In this document: positions 1 to 11,467 of the stretch, piece by piece
Numbering within the stretch: the stretch's first letter is position 1
Layout of the letters: each line of letters starts with the position of its first letter
From: Chlamydiota bacterium
Lineage (GTDB): Bacteria; Chlamydiota; Chlamydiia; Chlamydiales; SM23-39
Length of the DNA stretch: 21,512 nt
Assembly: GCA_038534095.1 (NCBI GenBank)
Contig: JBCAXK010000028.1
Span: 1-21,512, forward strand
Direction: 5' to 3'
Notes under the pieces: model-generated
Told to the model about the DNA's origin: nothing
Seen by the model: only the letters and a program-made list of their open reading frames with translations
The model's database searches: none
Program-made: the position numbers and the translations under genes

Positions 1-602
1 AAAGGGAGGAGCTTTTCTTGGTTTTGGGCAATCGCTTCTGCTTGTTGTATCGAACCTCCCGATAAGCGGACTCCTCTTTTAGCTTCTTTGGTAGAAATGC
101 CAAAATGACTTGTGAGATAGACGATAAGATCCTGTTCTCTCGGCTTTTGAAAAGGAAAGGGGGAGGTTCTTGAAATGATGGTGGGCAGAATTTTTGCCCG
201 ATTGGAGGTAAGAAACAGGAAGGTCGTATCAAGAGGAGGCTCTTCTAACGTCTTTAAAAGGGCGTTTTGGGAAATCGTCGAAAGCTCATCAGCTTCATGA
301 AAAATGGCGACTTTTTTCTTAGCAAGGAAGGGGGGCTTATGGATTTCAAAACAAAAGCTGCGGATCCTCTCTATCGAATACCCCTGCTCTTTTGGTGAGA
401 GCTGATGGAGATCTGGGTGCGCATTTTTACCGATAAGATGCGTGCGGTCCTCCAATAAATGGGTCGCAAGTGAGATCGCAAAGGCTTTTTTTCCAACACC
501 TTTTGGTCCATAAAACAAAAGAGCTTGGGGAAGGCGCTTGTTGTCCAAAGCGCTTTGCAGCTGCGTTTTTACCTTTTCATTTCCAAAAGAGGTCTCAAGC
601 AT
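1..602 (-). CDS. holB: DNA polymerase III subunit delta' (3' end runs off the window)
   Basis: Not in the ORF track. Manual translation from ATG at 602-600 gives MLETSFGNEKVKTQLQSALDNKRLPQALLFYGPKGVGKK...HPDL...SQNALLKTLEEPP...ILPTIISR. These are the clamp-loader P-loop, NALLKTLEEP and TIxSR motifs. The start overlaps the tmk 3' end by 8 nt, the usual tmk-holB arrangement. Confidence 0.93.
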   Translation of the reverse strand, partial: MLETSFGNEKVKTQLQSALDNKRLPQALLFYGPKGVGKKAFAISLATHLLEDRTHLIGKNAHPDLHQLSPKEQGYSIERIRSFCFEIHKPPFLAKKKVAIFHEADELSTISQNALLKTLEEPPLDTTFLFLTSNRAKILPTIISRTSPFPFQKPREQDLIVYLTSHFGISTKEAKRGVRLSGGSIQQAEAIAQNQEKLLP

Positions 603-1224
603 CGGTGCTTCCTTGCAAAAACGGGTAGAGCGTTTTCCAAGCATTTTCTTGTACCTGATTGATCGCAAGAGACGCGTCAATCAGCCGCATTCTTTGGGGA
701 TGTTTTTTCACAAGACTGTGATACGTAGAGCGGATTTTTTCATGAAAACGGAGATCATTTGATTCAATACGATCGTTTGTTCTCTCTCCTCTAGCCAAAG
801 CCTCTTTAGGAGAGATGTCTAAATAAAGCGTCAAATCGGGAGAAAAATTCCCTGTAATGAGAGCGCAAAGACGTTCGACAAAATCCTCGCCCATATCGCG
901 AGCGCCCCCTTGATAGGCCACCGTCGAATCGTGAAAACGGTCGCAGAGGACCAAAACTCCTGAGGAGAGCTTAGGAAGAAGCACCTCTTCAATGTGTTGG
1001 GCTCTCGCTGCTAAGAAAAGGGCGAGTTCTGCTTGGTTTCCTACAGGGTATTGAGCGTTTAAGACAAGGGAGCGAATCTTCTCTCCCAGGTTTGTGCCTC
1101 CAGGTTCCCTTGTAGCGTGCACGTTCCAACCGATTCCCTCTAACTTCTTGACTAAGTAAGAAGATAGGCTCGTTTTTCCCGCGCCATCTCCCCCTTCAAT
1201 CGTGATGAAGGGAGCTTTTTTCAA
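595..1224 (-). CDS. tmk: Thymidylate kinase (dTMP kinase)
   Basis: Motifs FITIEGGDGAGKTS (P-loop), TREPGGT, LFLAARAQH, CDRFHDSTVAYQG and PDLTLYLD. The TTG start overlaps the gyrA TGA (TTGA, 1221-1224). Confidence 0.97.
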   Translation of the reverse strand: MKKAPFITIEGGDGAGKTSLSSYLVKKLEGIGWNVHATREPGGTNLGEKIRSLVLNAQYPVGNQAELALFLAARAQHIEEVLLPKLSSGVLVLCDRFHDSTVAYQGGARDMGEDFVERLCALITGNFSPDLTLYLDISPKEALARGERTNDRIESNDLRFHEKIRSTYHSLVKKHPQRMRLIDASLAINQVQENAWKTLYPFLQGSTDA

Positions 1225-3668
1225 GAAATCACCTCTTCTGCGCTAGCAGGAATCTTTTGCATGCTAACTACTTTGCCCTCTTTCAAGGTGACAAGGCGCA
1301 CTCCTTGGGTCGATCTTCCCATCACCCGAACGCTTTCCATCCGGATACGCACCCCTTGCCCTGCACTAGACATCAAAAATACGCTATCCTCATCAGAAGC
1401 GATCGCAGCTCCAATGACAAACCCATTGCGGATGGAGGCAATGATCGAGCGAACACCTACCCCTCCCCGATTGGTTTGACGGAAGTGGTCCACTTTTGAG
1501 CGTTTTCCATACCCATGTTCACAAACGATTAAAATCGATTCATCTCCGTTGACCACCTCAGAAGCAACCACGCGGTCTTCGTTATTTTTCAAAGAAACGC
1601 CTCTTACCCCTCTAGCGACTCTTCCCATCGAACGAACCTGGTTTTCATCAAAGCGGACAGCCATGCCATTTCTTGTGAAAATCATGATTTGCTGCCCTTC
1701 TTGCACATGATGAGCCGCGATGAGCTTGTCGTGATCATCGATATTGATCGCGTAGACCCCTTTTTTGCGGGGATTGGAGAAGGCTTTGATCTCGGTTTTT
1801 TTGACAACACCCTTGAGCGTTGTGAGCAAGATGTAACCAGGCTCCTCAAAATTCTTGATATTGACAACAGCTGCTAGTTCCTCTTTTTCTTGAATATCGT
1901 CGAGTAGATTCACAAATGGCTTACCTTTCGAGCGCCTGCTACCTTCAGGGATCTGCCAAGTTTTGAGCCAGTAACAGCGGCCAAAACTTGTGAAGATGAG
2001 TAACTGGTCGTGAGTAGAACAGCTATACGCCATTTTTAGAGCGTCCTCTTTTTTCATCTCCATACCAATAACGCCTTGGCCTCCCCGCTTTTGCTCACGA
2101 AAAGCAGCGATCGGCATCCGTTTGATGTAATCATCATGAGAAATGGTGACAATGACCTGCTCATCGCGGATCAAATCTTCCATTTGCAGCTCACTTTCCG
2201 CTGCAATGATTTGTGTCGAACGTCCTGCTTTGTGCTTGATAGTGAGAGAGTTGAGTTCTTCTTTGATGATGTCTTTCACCATCTGCTCGGAGGCTAAAAT
2301 TGCTCGGAAGTGGGCAATCTTTTTGAGTAGCTCGGCGTACTCTGCTTCGACTTTTTCTTTCTCTAACGAGGTGATTTGGTACAAACGGAGCTCTAGTACA
2401 GCCGTTGCTTGAGCTGGTGAAAAAGCAAATCGGGTGATGAGCTCTTGTTTCGCATGACTTTTATCTTTTGAAGAGCGGATCAGTTTGATTACTTCATCAA
2501 GGTGATCTAAGGCTTTGAGGTATCCCTCTAAGACGTGAGCTCTTGCTTCTGCTTTTTTCAGTTCGTAGCGAGTTCTTCTGCGGATTACTTCCATCCGATG
2601 ATGTACCCAACCAGAAATGAATTCTCGGATGTTCATCACTCTTGGAAGGCCCCGATCTAAAGCGACCATATTGCAACCAAAGGTCACCTGAAGATCGCTA
2701 AACTTGTAGAGTTGGTTGATGATGATCTCAGCGATTTCTCCCCTTTTGAGCTCAAGATGAATACGCAGTCCTTCCTTATCCGATTCATCCCGAATATCGC
2801 TAATCCCAGTAATCGTTTTGTTCGTGATGAGATGGGCAATCTGTTCAATCAACCTAGATTTATTCACATTGTAGGGAATTTCATCGACAATGATGGCCGC
2901 TTTCCCCTCTTTTTTTTCTTCAACGCGGAGACTTCCCCGTAAAATAATCTTACCCCTTCCGGTATGGTAGGCCTCCCGAATACCTCGGTAACCAGAAATG
3001 ATCCCTCCTGTAGGAAAATCGGGACCAGGAAGGACTTTCATGATCTCATCAATAGAAACTTTCTCATCATCGATCACAAGCAAGGTGGCAGCAATGAGCT
3101 CCTGCAAGTTATGGGGAGGGATATTGGTCGCCATCCCAACAGCAATACCCGACGAACCGTTACAAAGGAGATTGGGGAATTTTGCAGGAAAAACCGTCGG
3201 CTCTTTTTTGGTTTCATCATAGTTGGGTACATGGTCAACCGTATCCTTATCTAGGTCTTCCATAAGAGCCATCGAAGCGAAGGTTAACTTAGCCTCGGTA
3301 TAACGCATAGCAGCAGGAGGATCCCCATCAATTGACCCAAAGTTCCCCTGCCCATCAATAAGCCGGTAACGCATCGCCCAGCTTTGTGCCATACGGACAA
3401 GGGTGGGGTAGATAACGCTTTCTCCGTGAGGGTGAAAATCCCCAGAAGTATCCCCAGAAATTTTCGCGCATTTACGGTACTTTGCCCCAGGGGACAAGTT
3501 GAGCGCCCTCATCGCATAAAGAATTCTTCTTTGAGAAGGTTTTAACCCATCTCGCACATCGGGAAGGGCCCTAGAAATAATGACCGACATCGAGTAGCGA
3601 AGATAACTATCGCGCATCTCTTCTTCAACATTACGAGGGATGATTTCTTCATTTTCTGTATAACTCAT
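1221..3668 (-). CDS. gyrA: DNA gyrase subunit A
   Basis: RALPDVRDGLKP, HPHGES, catalytic AAMRYTE and GIAVGMATNIPPHN. The GyrA-box QKRGGQG and C-terminal pinwheel repeats distinguish it from ParC. Confidence 0.98.
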   Translation of the reverse strand: MSYTENEEIIPRNVEEEMRDSYLRYSMSVIISRALPDVRDGLKPSQRRILYAMRALNLSPGAKYRKCAKISGDTSGDFHPHGESVIYPTLVRMAQSWAMRYRLIDGQGNFGSIDGDPPAAMRYTEAKLTFASMALMEDLDKDTVDHVPNYDETKKEPTVFPAKFPNLLCNGSSGIAVGMATNIPPHNLQELIAATLLVIDDEKVSIDEIMKVLPGPDFPTGGIISGYRGIREAYHTGRGKIILRGSLRVEEKKEGKAAIIVDEIPYNVNKSRLIEQIAHLITNKTITGISDIRDESDKEGLRIHLELKRGEIAEIIINQLYKFSDLQVTFGCNMVALDRGLPRVMNIREFISGWVHHRMEVIRRRTRYELKKAEARAHVLEGYLKALDHLDEVIKLIRSSKDKSHAKQELITRFAFSPAQATAVLELRLYQITSLEKEKVEAEYAELLKKIAHFRAILASEQMVKDIIKEELNSLTIKHKAGRSTQIIAAESELQMEDLIRDEQVIVTISHDDYIKRMPIAAFREQKRGGQGVIGMEMKKEDALKMAYSCSTHDQLLIFTSFGRCYWLKTWQIPEGSRRSKGKPFVNLLDDIQEKEELAAVVNIKNFEEPGYILLTTLKGVVKKTEIKAFSNPRKKGVYAINIDDHDKLIAAHHVQEGQQIMIFTRNGMAVRFDENQVRSMGRVARGVRGVSLKNNEDRVVASEVVNGDESILIVCEHGYGKRSKVDHFRQTNRGGVGVRSIIASIRNGFVIGAAIASDEDSVFLMSSAGQGVRIRMESVRVMGRSTQGVRLVTLKEGKVVSMQKIPASAEEVIS

Positions 3669-3690
3669 AAATTAGGACCGTATTCTCATT

Positions 3691-6512
<2,822 letters not shown>

Positions 6513-6553
6513 CGCAATACCGCTTCTTGATTTTATACAAAAAAACCTATAGA

Positions 6554-8020
6554 TCAAAGAAAAAATACTAAATGAAGACTCCAAGCAATAAAAAAATAAA
6601 TCGCCATAGAAATAAAATCATTAAAAGCGGTGATGATGGGTCCTGAAGAAATCGCGGGATCAACGCCAACCCTCATAAAAAACAGCGGAGAAAACACTCC
6701 TAAGAGCGTCCCCGCAAAACAAGCGCCTATCAGACCACAAGAAACAATGCACGCAACGCTAAAAGCACCTAGGCCAAAATCCTTACAAAAAAGCGCGCCA
6801 AATAGATAGATAAAAACCCCACACAATACGCCGAATACAAGACCGCTAAATAGACCTGAAGCAAGTTCTTTTCGGCTTGCTTCAACGCGGCTTGTATTCG
6901 ATAAAGAACCGACGGCAAAATTCCGTACTAAAACGGTACTACACTGTATGCCAATATTGCCCGAGAGACCGGTGACTAAAGGCACGAAAAAAAAGATAAA
7001 AAAGAACTCTTCTCCAAAATGCCTACCCGAAGTAGACATCATCCCTACATTCAAAAACCCTGATAAAAGCGTCACAAACAGCCAAGGGGACCTTGAAAAG
7101 AACCGAGCAAATGTACTTGTTTCTGTATGGGGCGTTTCTACTGTCCCCGCAATCATAGCCATGGTTTCATCAGCAAGCTCTTCTAACGCTTCAACGACAT
7201 CTTCAGAAGTGATTACACCAATAAGAGCATTCTGCTCATCTACAACAGCAAGGCTTTCAAGCTTGTATCTCTCAACTACATCAATGACCTCTTGTCTTTT
7301 CTCTCGGATAGACACCTTGTGCAACACAGGACACATAATCTCTTTAAGAGAGGTGCTAGAAGGGTGCACCACCATCGCTCTTACAGGAACGTAGCCTTGC
7401 AATTTGCCTTGCACGTCCACTACAAAAATCCCTTGCGCAAAATCAATTTCGGGATGATCCCGTATCACAAGAGACGCGTCGCCAATCGTATCTTCCACAG
7501 AAAAGGAAAAAAACATATCGGTCATCAGCCTTCCTGCGCAATCTTTAGGACATGTGCGCATGTTGCTCATCACACCCGACTTTTTTTTGGGCAAAAGGCG
7601 CATGATGCTCATAAACACGCTATCTGATGCATGTTCTAAAATCCGTATACCTTCATCTGCAGGCATCTCTCCAAAAAGAGTTTCTAGTTCGGAGTCACTA
7701 GCCTGTTTTAAAATAGAGGTGCGAGTAACTAGATCTGCGTGGATCATAAATGCCATTTTTGCTCGCACGCTTGACAAAGATTGATAGAGAGAAAAACGGA
7801 GTTGGGCAGGGATATGAACGACCGAATAGGCCAAATCGGCTGCAGAATACTCTTTTGCAATATCTGCAAACTCTCCGAGCTTTTTTCCCTCAGAAGCTTT
7901 TTCAGCTACTTCTTCTAGTTTTTTCCGTAAGATATCCTGAATTTCATGCGCGCGGGTTTCAGGTACAGTAGAAGTCAAAGTATTCCTATCTTTTTCAGAA
8001 TCATGTCCCATTGAAGACAA
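6554..8020 (-). CDS. mgtE: Magnesium transporter MgtE (likely start ATG at 8011)
   Basis: N-domain, tandem CBS domains (AGRLMT...IFVVD...LQGYV; LAVVDEQNALIGVITSEDV), then transmembrane domain with RSPWL, SGNIGIQCST and GVDPAISSGPIITAFND (conserved pore Asp). Confidence 0.95.
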   Translation of the reverse strand: MSSMGHDSEKDRNTLTSTVPETRAHEIQDILRKKLEEVAEKASEGKKLGEFADIAKEYSAADLAYSVVHIPAQLRFSLYQSLSSVRAKMAFMIHADLVTRTSILKQASDSELETLFGEMPADEGIRILEHASDSVFMSIMRLLPKKKSGVMSNMRTCPKDCAGRLMTDMFFSFSVEDTIGDASLVIRDHPEIDFAQGIFVVDVQGKLQGYVPVRAMVVHPSSTSLKEIMCPVLHKVSIREKRQEVIDVVERYKLESLAVVDEQNALIGVITSEDVVEALEELADETMAMIAGTVETPHTETSTFARFFSRSPWLFVTLLSGFLNVGMMSTSGRHFGEEFFFIFFFVPLVTGLSGNIGIQCSTVLVRNFAVGSLSNTSRVEASRKELASGLFSGLVFGVLCGVFIYLFGALFCKDFGLGAFSVACIVSCGLIGACFAGTLLGVFSPLFFMRVGVDPAISSGPIITAFNDFISMAIYFFIAWSLHLVFFL

Positions 8021-8217
8021 ATGATCATACCCACAAAAGACTTATAACAAAAGTGAATTACCTACTAACAAAAGCTTCTTGCGCGCGCCCTTCCCCCTAC
8101 TTCTTGGCGCAAAAAACGGCAGAAGACCTTTGTTACCCATTTCTTAAAAATATTCTTCGCTAAAAAATCACCACTGAAGAGTAAGATCGCTAAAAATGCT
8201 CCTTCAAACGTATATAA

Positions 8218-8231
8218 CCGACATTGAGCAG
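8218..8231. repeat. IS terminal inverted repeat (transposase 3' side)
   Basis: CCGACATTGAGCAG, exact reverse complement of 9944-9957. Confidence 0.95.
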
Positions 8232-8239
8232 ATTCAGGG

Positions 8240-9889
8240 TTAAAATGTCGGAGCAGATTCGCAATTGATTTTATAGATTTTTCGGACAGTAGCACCAAAA
8301 TAGGATAGAATCCTTGCTCTGAAGGCGGAAATTCCGGTCATGAGCTCTTGGATATGCCCCTCTATATGTAGAGTGACCCTTTCTATTCCAGAAAGAAGCT
8401 GAAAAATCCAACGAAGGGTTGGCGTTTTTGTTGGTTTTTTAATCTGATTCGGCAAGGTCCCTTCAGCTGCTTTTAAAGCAGCTCTTAACCTTCTCTGAGC
8501 AATGGCGTACACAAGAAGAGAAAGTGTCATCACCATCAGTAAGGCCATGATTCTTGCAGGCTTTTTAACAAATAAAGAAGACGTAAATAGGTAAGGATCT
8601 TTCAAAAAACGAAAGCCCCTTTCAACGGTTTCATTCTGCTTTTTATACCCGTTAAGAATCTCAGCTGAGCTCATCTCTTCGATAGGAATGTTTGTTCCTA
8701 CAATAAAGCAACTGCCTTGCCTGAATATTTCGGTGCGCTTTTTTTCGTCTACTATACATGTTCCAAATACTTGATAACCCACTTGATGAGAAACTGTAGC
8801 TGAAGGTCTACCTTTGCCAGAATACCGCTTTTTTTCTCGGATTTCTTGGCTCAATACCTTGTGGTATTTCCAGGTTTTTCCCAGCATTTTCAATGCTTTT
8901 TCAGCATCTTGTCGGCAAGTGTATTCTTGCTGCGATAATTTCTTGAGCTTTTTATCAATGGCTACTTTTTCTTTCTCACATTTTTTTTCGGCCATATGTG
9001 CGCTGCGCTTTTTTGCTTCTTCTGAGCATACAACAATCCACCTCTCCTTTACTCCGTAATGCTCTGTAGTAAAGCTAAGAAAGCGGTTTCGAGCATCCGC
9101 TTTTTCCCATTCCTCTATCGGAGATTGCAAGGCCTTACTCACAAAAATTTTTGCTTGATTCAGACCTCTTGGAATGCGGGTGATAAAAAAAAGAAACTTC
9201 AGATGATTGTTCACCGTTTCTTGGTTATACAACTTCGCATCGGCAATCACATACCGAGGGCTTTCTCCTTCTTTTAGGCTCTTCACCAAAGCTTGTGCTC
9301 TTTCCCGGAATACTTTTGTATCAGAGGCGTTCCCATCCCAGGACTTGCTGATTACAGGCACTCCGCCATCATGACTACAAATCAATTCTAATACCGCTTG
9401 TTTCAAATCAGGACGATGATCTTTAGAGTGTCCATGCGTAATCGCGATCGTATGTTCATCGCTCTCTGTATCGTATTCTCCCGTAAGGGAAAACGCTGTT
9501 GTATCCAAAGCATTAAATCGCGTATCGACCCCTTCTTCTCTACAAGTATCCATACTGAGTTCAGAAAACAACAGATCACATCCATAATCGTGACAATCAT
9601 CAAGGGCTCGGCCTAGTTTGAAACGATTAAAATGCTCCGCTAACATGCCTGATCGAAATAGTTGGTCTAAAGGCTTATTTTCAAAAAATTGCGGGGTCAG
9701 CGACAGAGGGCAATCTGAAAAACCAAGTCCGTTTACTATCATACCGGCTATAGCTTCTCCAGTTGTGATTGATTCTCTTCGATCTGTAGCGATTCGTTCA
9801 TCAATCTTATTGATAATTCCTAGGTCTTGGATCACCCCTGCTACAATCCCTAGGTGGTCTATCCTCTCTACTTTGGCTTTCTTTGACAT
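8240..9889 (-). CDS. IS1634-family DDE transposase, apparently intact (549 aa)
   Basis: N-terminal DHLGIVAG...GEAIAGMIVNGLGF...LGRALD (DUF4277-like), GHSKDHRPDLKQ and GNASD. Candidate DDE triad in LDTT, IADAKLY and VERGFRFLKDP; C-terminal PTLRWIFQ. Confidence 0.93.
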   Translation of the reverse strand: MSKKAKVERIDHLGIVAGVIQDLGIINKIDERIATDRRESITTGEAIAGMIVNGLGFSDCPLSLTPQFFENKPLDQLFRSGMLAEHFNRFKLGRALDDCHDYGCDLLFSELSMDTCREEGVDTRFNALDTTAFSLTGEYDTESDEHTIAITHGHSKDHRPDLKQAVLELICSHDGGVPVISKSWDGNASDTKVFRERAQALVKSLKEGESPRYVIADAKLYNQETVNNHLKFLFFITRIPRGLNQAKIFVSKALQSPIEEWEKADARNRFLSFTTEHYGVKERWIVVCSEEAKKRSAHMAEKKCEKEKVAIDKKLKKLSQQEYTCRQDAEKALKMLGKTWKYHKVLSQEIREKKRYSGKGRPSATVSHQVGYQVFGTCIVDEKKRTEIFRQGSCFIVGTNIPIEEMSSAEILNGYKKQNETVERGFRFLKDPYLFTSSLFVKKPARIMALLMVMTLSLLVYAIAQRRLRAALKAAEGTLPNQIKKPTKTPTLRWIFQLLSGIERVTLHIEGHIQELMTGISAFRARILSYFGATVRKIYKINCESAPTF

Positions 9890-9943
9890 GTATTCTTCCT
9901 TCTAAAAAAAAGAAAACATAAATGAGAATTTCTTTTTCGCAAA

Positions 9944-9957
9944 CTGCTCAATGTCGG
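9944..9957. repeat. IS terminal inverted repeat (transposase 5' side)
   Basis: CTGCTCAATGTCGG, followed directly by the target-site duplication ATATAA. Confidence 0.95.
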
Positions 9958-9961
9958 ATAT

Positions 9962-9994
9962 AAGAAAAGAGCCTTGGAAAGGTTCCAAGGCTCT
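9962..9994 (-). terminator. Intrinsic terminator of the 10066-10800 gene
   Basis: Perfect 12-bp stem AGAGCCTTGGAA (9968-9979) / TTCCAAGGCTCT (9983-9994) with a 3-nt loop. On the minus strand it is followed by TTTCTT, about 70 nt after the stop codon. Confidence 0.8.
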
Positions 9995-10065
9995 ACCGAT
10001 CTCAGCTTTTCGGAAAAAGGCCCTAATCTAGGGCTGCTGAAAAAGACCTTAAAAGAACAATGCCA

Positions 10066-10800
10066 TTATCCACGAGAGTTGAGGTTTGGAAAAAGCACTA
10101 GCGCCGGAAATGCGGCTAAAGCAGCCGACATAGTTCCTATGCCAGTTATTGCGGCTGCTTTCATCCCAAATGATACAGCGCTTGATAGGCGACCTGATAA
10201 GCTTTCTGCGTACCGCTTGGCTTCTGCGCGCCTTTCATCGGCATCGCGCTGCACAAGCTCGTAAGCTGAAGTTCTATCTATATAGCCATCCAGATCCTTT
10301 TGAATCGCTCTACTTTCATCTTTAAAACGTTGCGCCGCATTTTCTTGTCGACGAGCACTTGCTTCCTCGAGAACAAGACCATAGTCTGCATCTCTATATG
10401 TGTATTCATTCATAAGATTATTAGCTCGATCATTAGCTCTTTTCTCACGGCGAGCAGCTGCTTGCTCAAGAACAAGAGCGTAGTCTGTATTTCTATCTAT
10501 GTATGCATTCAAAAGATTGTTAGCTCGATCATTAGCTCTTTTCTCGCGGCGAGCAGCTGCTTGCTCAAGAACAAGAGCGTAGTCTGCATCTCTATTTATG
10601 TATGCATTCATAAGAATCTCAGAGCGATTATTAGCTGACTGATTCCTATCAGAAAAAGATAAGTACTCCCCTAATTTGTTCATAATTTTTTCACAAATTG
10701 TGCCAATCGCCGTTATAAGGCTTTGTAATCTATTAGCAATTCCGACGCAAATTGCAGCGCAAGAAGAAGCCGTCGGTGATATTGATTCAGAAACTTTCAT
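10066..10800 (-). CDS. Orphan protein with 33-aa helical repeats and a C-terminal hydrophobic anchor (candidate secreted effector or membrane protein)
   Basis: 244 aa. GGAG Shine-Dalgarno 5 nt before ATG, upstream promoter, downstream terminator and in-frame 99-bp repeats. C-terminal hydrophobic stretch AAAITGIGTMSAALAAFPALVLFP. Confidence 0.8.
   Translation of the reverse strand: MKVSESISPTASSCAAICVGIANRLQSLITAIGTICEKIMNKLGEYLSFSDRNQSANNRSEILMNAYINRDADYALVLEQAAARREKRANDRANNLLNAYIDRNTDYALVLEQAAARREKRANDRANNLMNEYTYRDADYGLVLEEASARRQENAAQRFKDESRAIQKDLDGYIDRTSAYELVQRDADERRAEAKRYAESLSGRLSSAVSFGMKAAAITGIGTMSAALAAFPALVLFPNLNSRG
10345..10608 (-). repeat. Intragenic 99-bp (33-aa) tandem repeat, about 2.7 copies
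   Basis: TTAGCTCGATCATTAGCTCT recurs at 10421 and 10520. Protein units are NAYINRDADYALVLEQAAARREKRANDRANNLL, NAYIDRNTDYALVLEQAAARREKRANDRANNLM and NEYTYRDADYGLVLEEASARRQ. Confidence 0.95.
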
Positions 10801-10834
10801 ATTAACTCCGCTTTTAAAGTTTAAATCTAAAAAG

Positions 10835-10863
10835 ATTATGTATAATTTTTAATATTATGTAAA
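10835..10863 (-). promoter_or_regulatory. Putative sigma66/sigma70-type promoter for the repeat-protein gene
   Basis: Minus strand TTTACA-17 nt-CATAAT, 34 nt upstream of the ATG. The very AT-rich context makes chance matches possible. Confidence 0.5.
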
Positions 10864-11056
10864 TTAAAATAATAAAAAATATCAAATAAAATAATTATTA
10901 ATATTTGTTTATTTAAAATAATAATAACTTTTAATTTTAATTTAATATTTAATTTTTTAAACAAGACAAAAATTGTAATAATTTTTTTAAAAATAGATAA
11001 AAGATGTCGATAAGATAAGCTCTTTCCAAGCGATTGACTTGGCCGTTGATCGTTTA

Positions 11057-11094
11057 TAGGGGAAAATGGCTATCTTAGGGGAAAATGGCTATCT
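11057..11094 (+). repeat. Exact 19-bp tandem duplication
   Basis: TAGGGGAAAATGGCTATCT at 11057-11075 and again at 11076-11094. Confidence 0.95.
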
Positions 11095-11119
11095 TTAGAA
11101 TTTTAGACATCTCTCCGAA

Positions 11120-11467
11120 ATGAATACCGTATACTTACATAAGCAACTGAACCTTTACATTTTACTTTTCAATCAAAACGGGTTTTTTCCACACACTCAA
11201 GCATGTCTAGGTGAAACGCCAATAAGAGAGGAGCTTGCAAGAGATGTAAGTAAATATTTTAAAACGCCTTCCGAAAGATCGGGCTCACAGGGAACCAGTC
11301 ACTATATCGATCTATGGACTCTAGTAAAATATCAAAACAGGACAGCCTTCTATGTCTCTATTTTCCACCCAAGGCATTCTGATGAGAAAGATTTGATAGC
11401 AAATGCGTACATTCCTTTTCCAAAAAGTAGAAAGGTATATGCCCAAAAGACCCGCAAAGCATTCTAA
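11120..11467 (+). pseudogene. Hypothetical ORF (115 aa), possibly the largest fragment of a decaying gene spanning about 11066-11653
   Basis: No recognisable motif. The same frame reads on after the TAA (FLQLQEDIDLEHFASRVRGVFQNINDPG* to 11554, then 32 more codons to 11653). The segment is less AT-rich than the flanking promoter tracts. Confidence 0.35.

Larger units (their letters stand above)
8218..9957 (-). mobile_element. Complete IS1634-family insertion sequence, 1740 bp
   Basis: Perfect 14-bp terminal inverted repeats CCGACATTGAGCAG (8218-8231) and CTGCTCAATGTCGG (9944-9957). Flanking 6-bp direct repeats ATATAA at 8212-8217 and 9958-9963. A single transposase ORF fills the element. Confidence 0.95.

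Noticed and set aside
8065..8298. 77-aa minus-strand ORF as a gene interrupted by the IS
   Set aside because: It starts inside the IS and crosses its end. The reconstructed empty site joins a terminator to this sequence, not a coding 5' half.
10345..10608. 33-aa repeat as ankyrin, TPR or TALE repeat; 99-bp repeat as CRISPR
   Set aside because: It has no GxTPLH, TPR or LTPxQVVAIAS consensus and no Pro/Gly turns in the unit. The repeats are contiguous and in frame, with no unique spacers and no cas genes.
8814..10638. Short ORFs overlapping the transposase and the repeat-protein gene
   Set aside because: Shadow frames; the repeats in the 10300-10638 ORF merely mirror the 99-bp repeat of the real gene.
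10801..11000. Extremely AT-rich tract as a replication origin
   Set aside because: No cluster of DnaA boxes; near matches (TTATCCACG at about 6270, 10066 and 16759) are scattered and inside genes. Similar AT tracts precede each orphan gene and fit promoter regions better.
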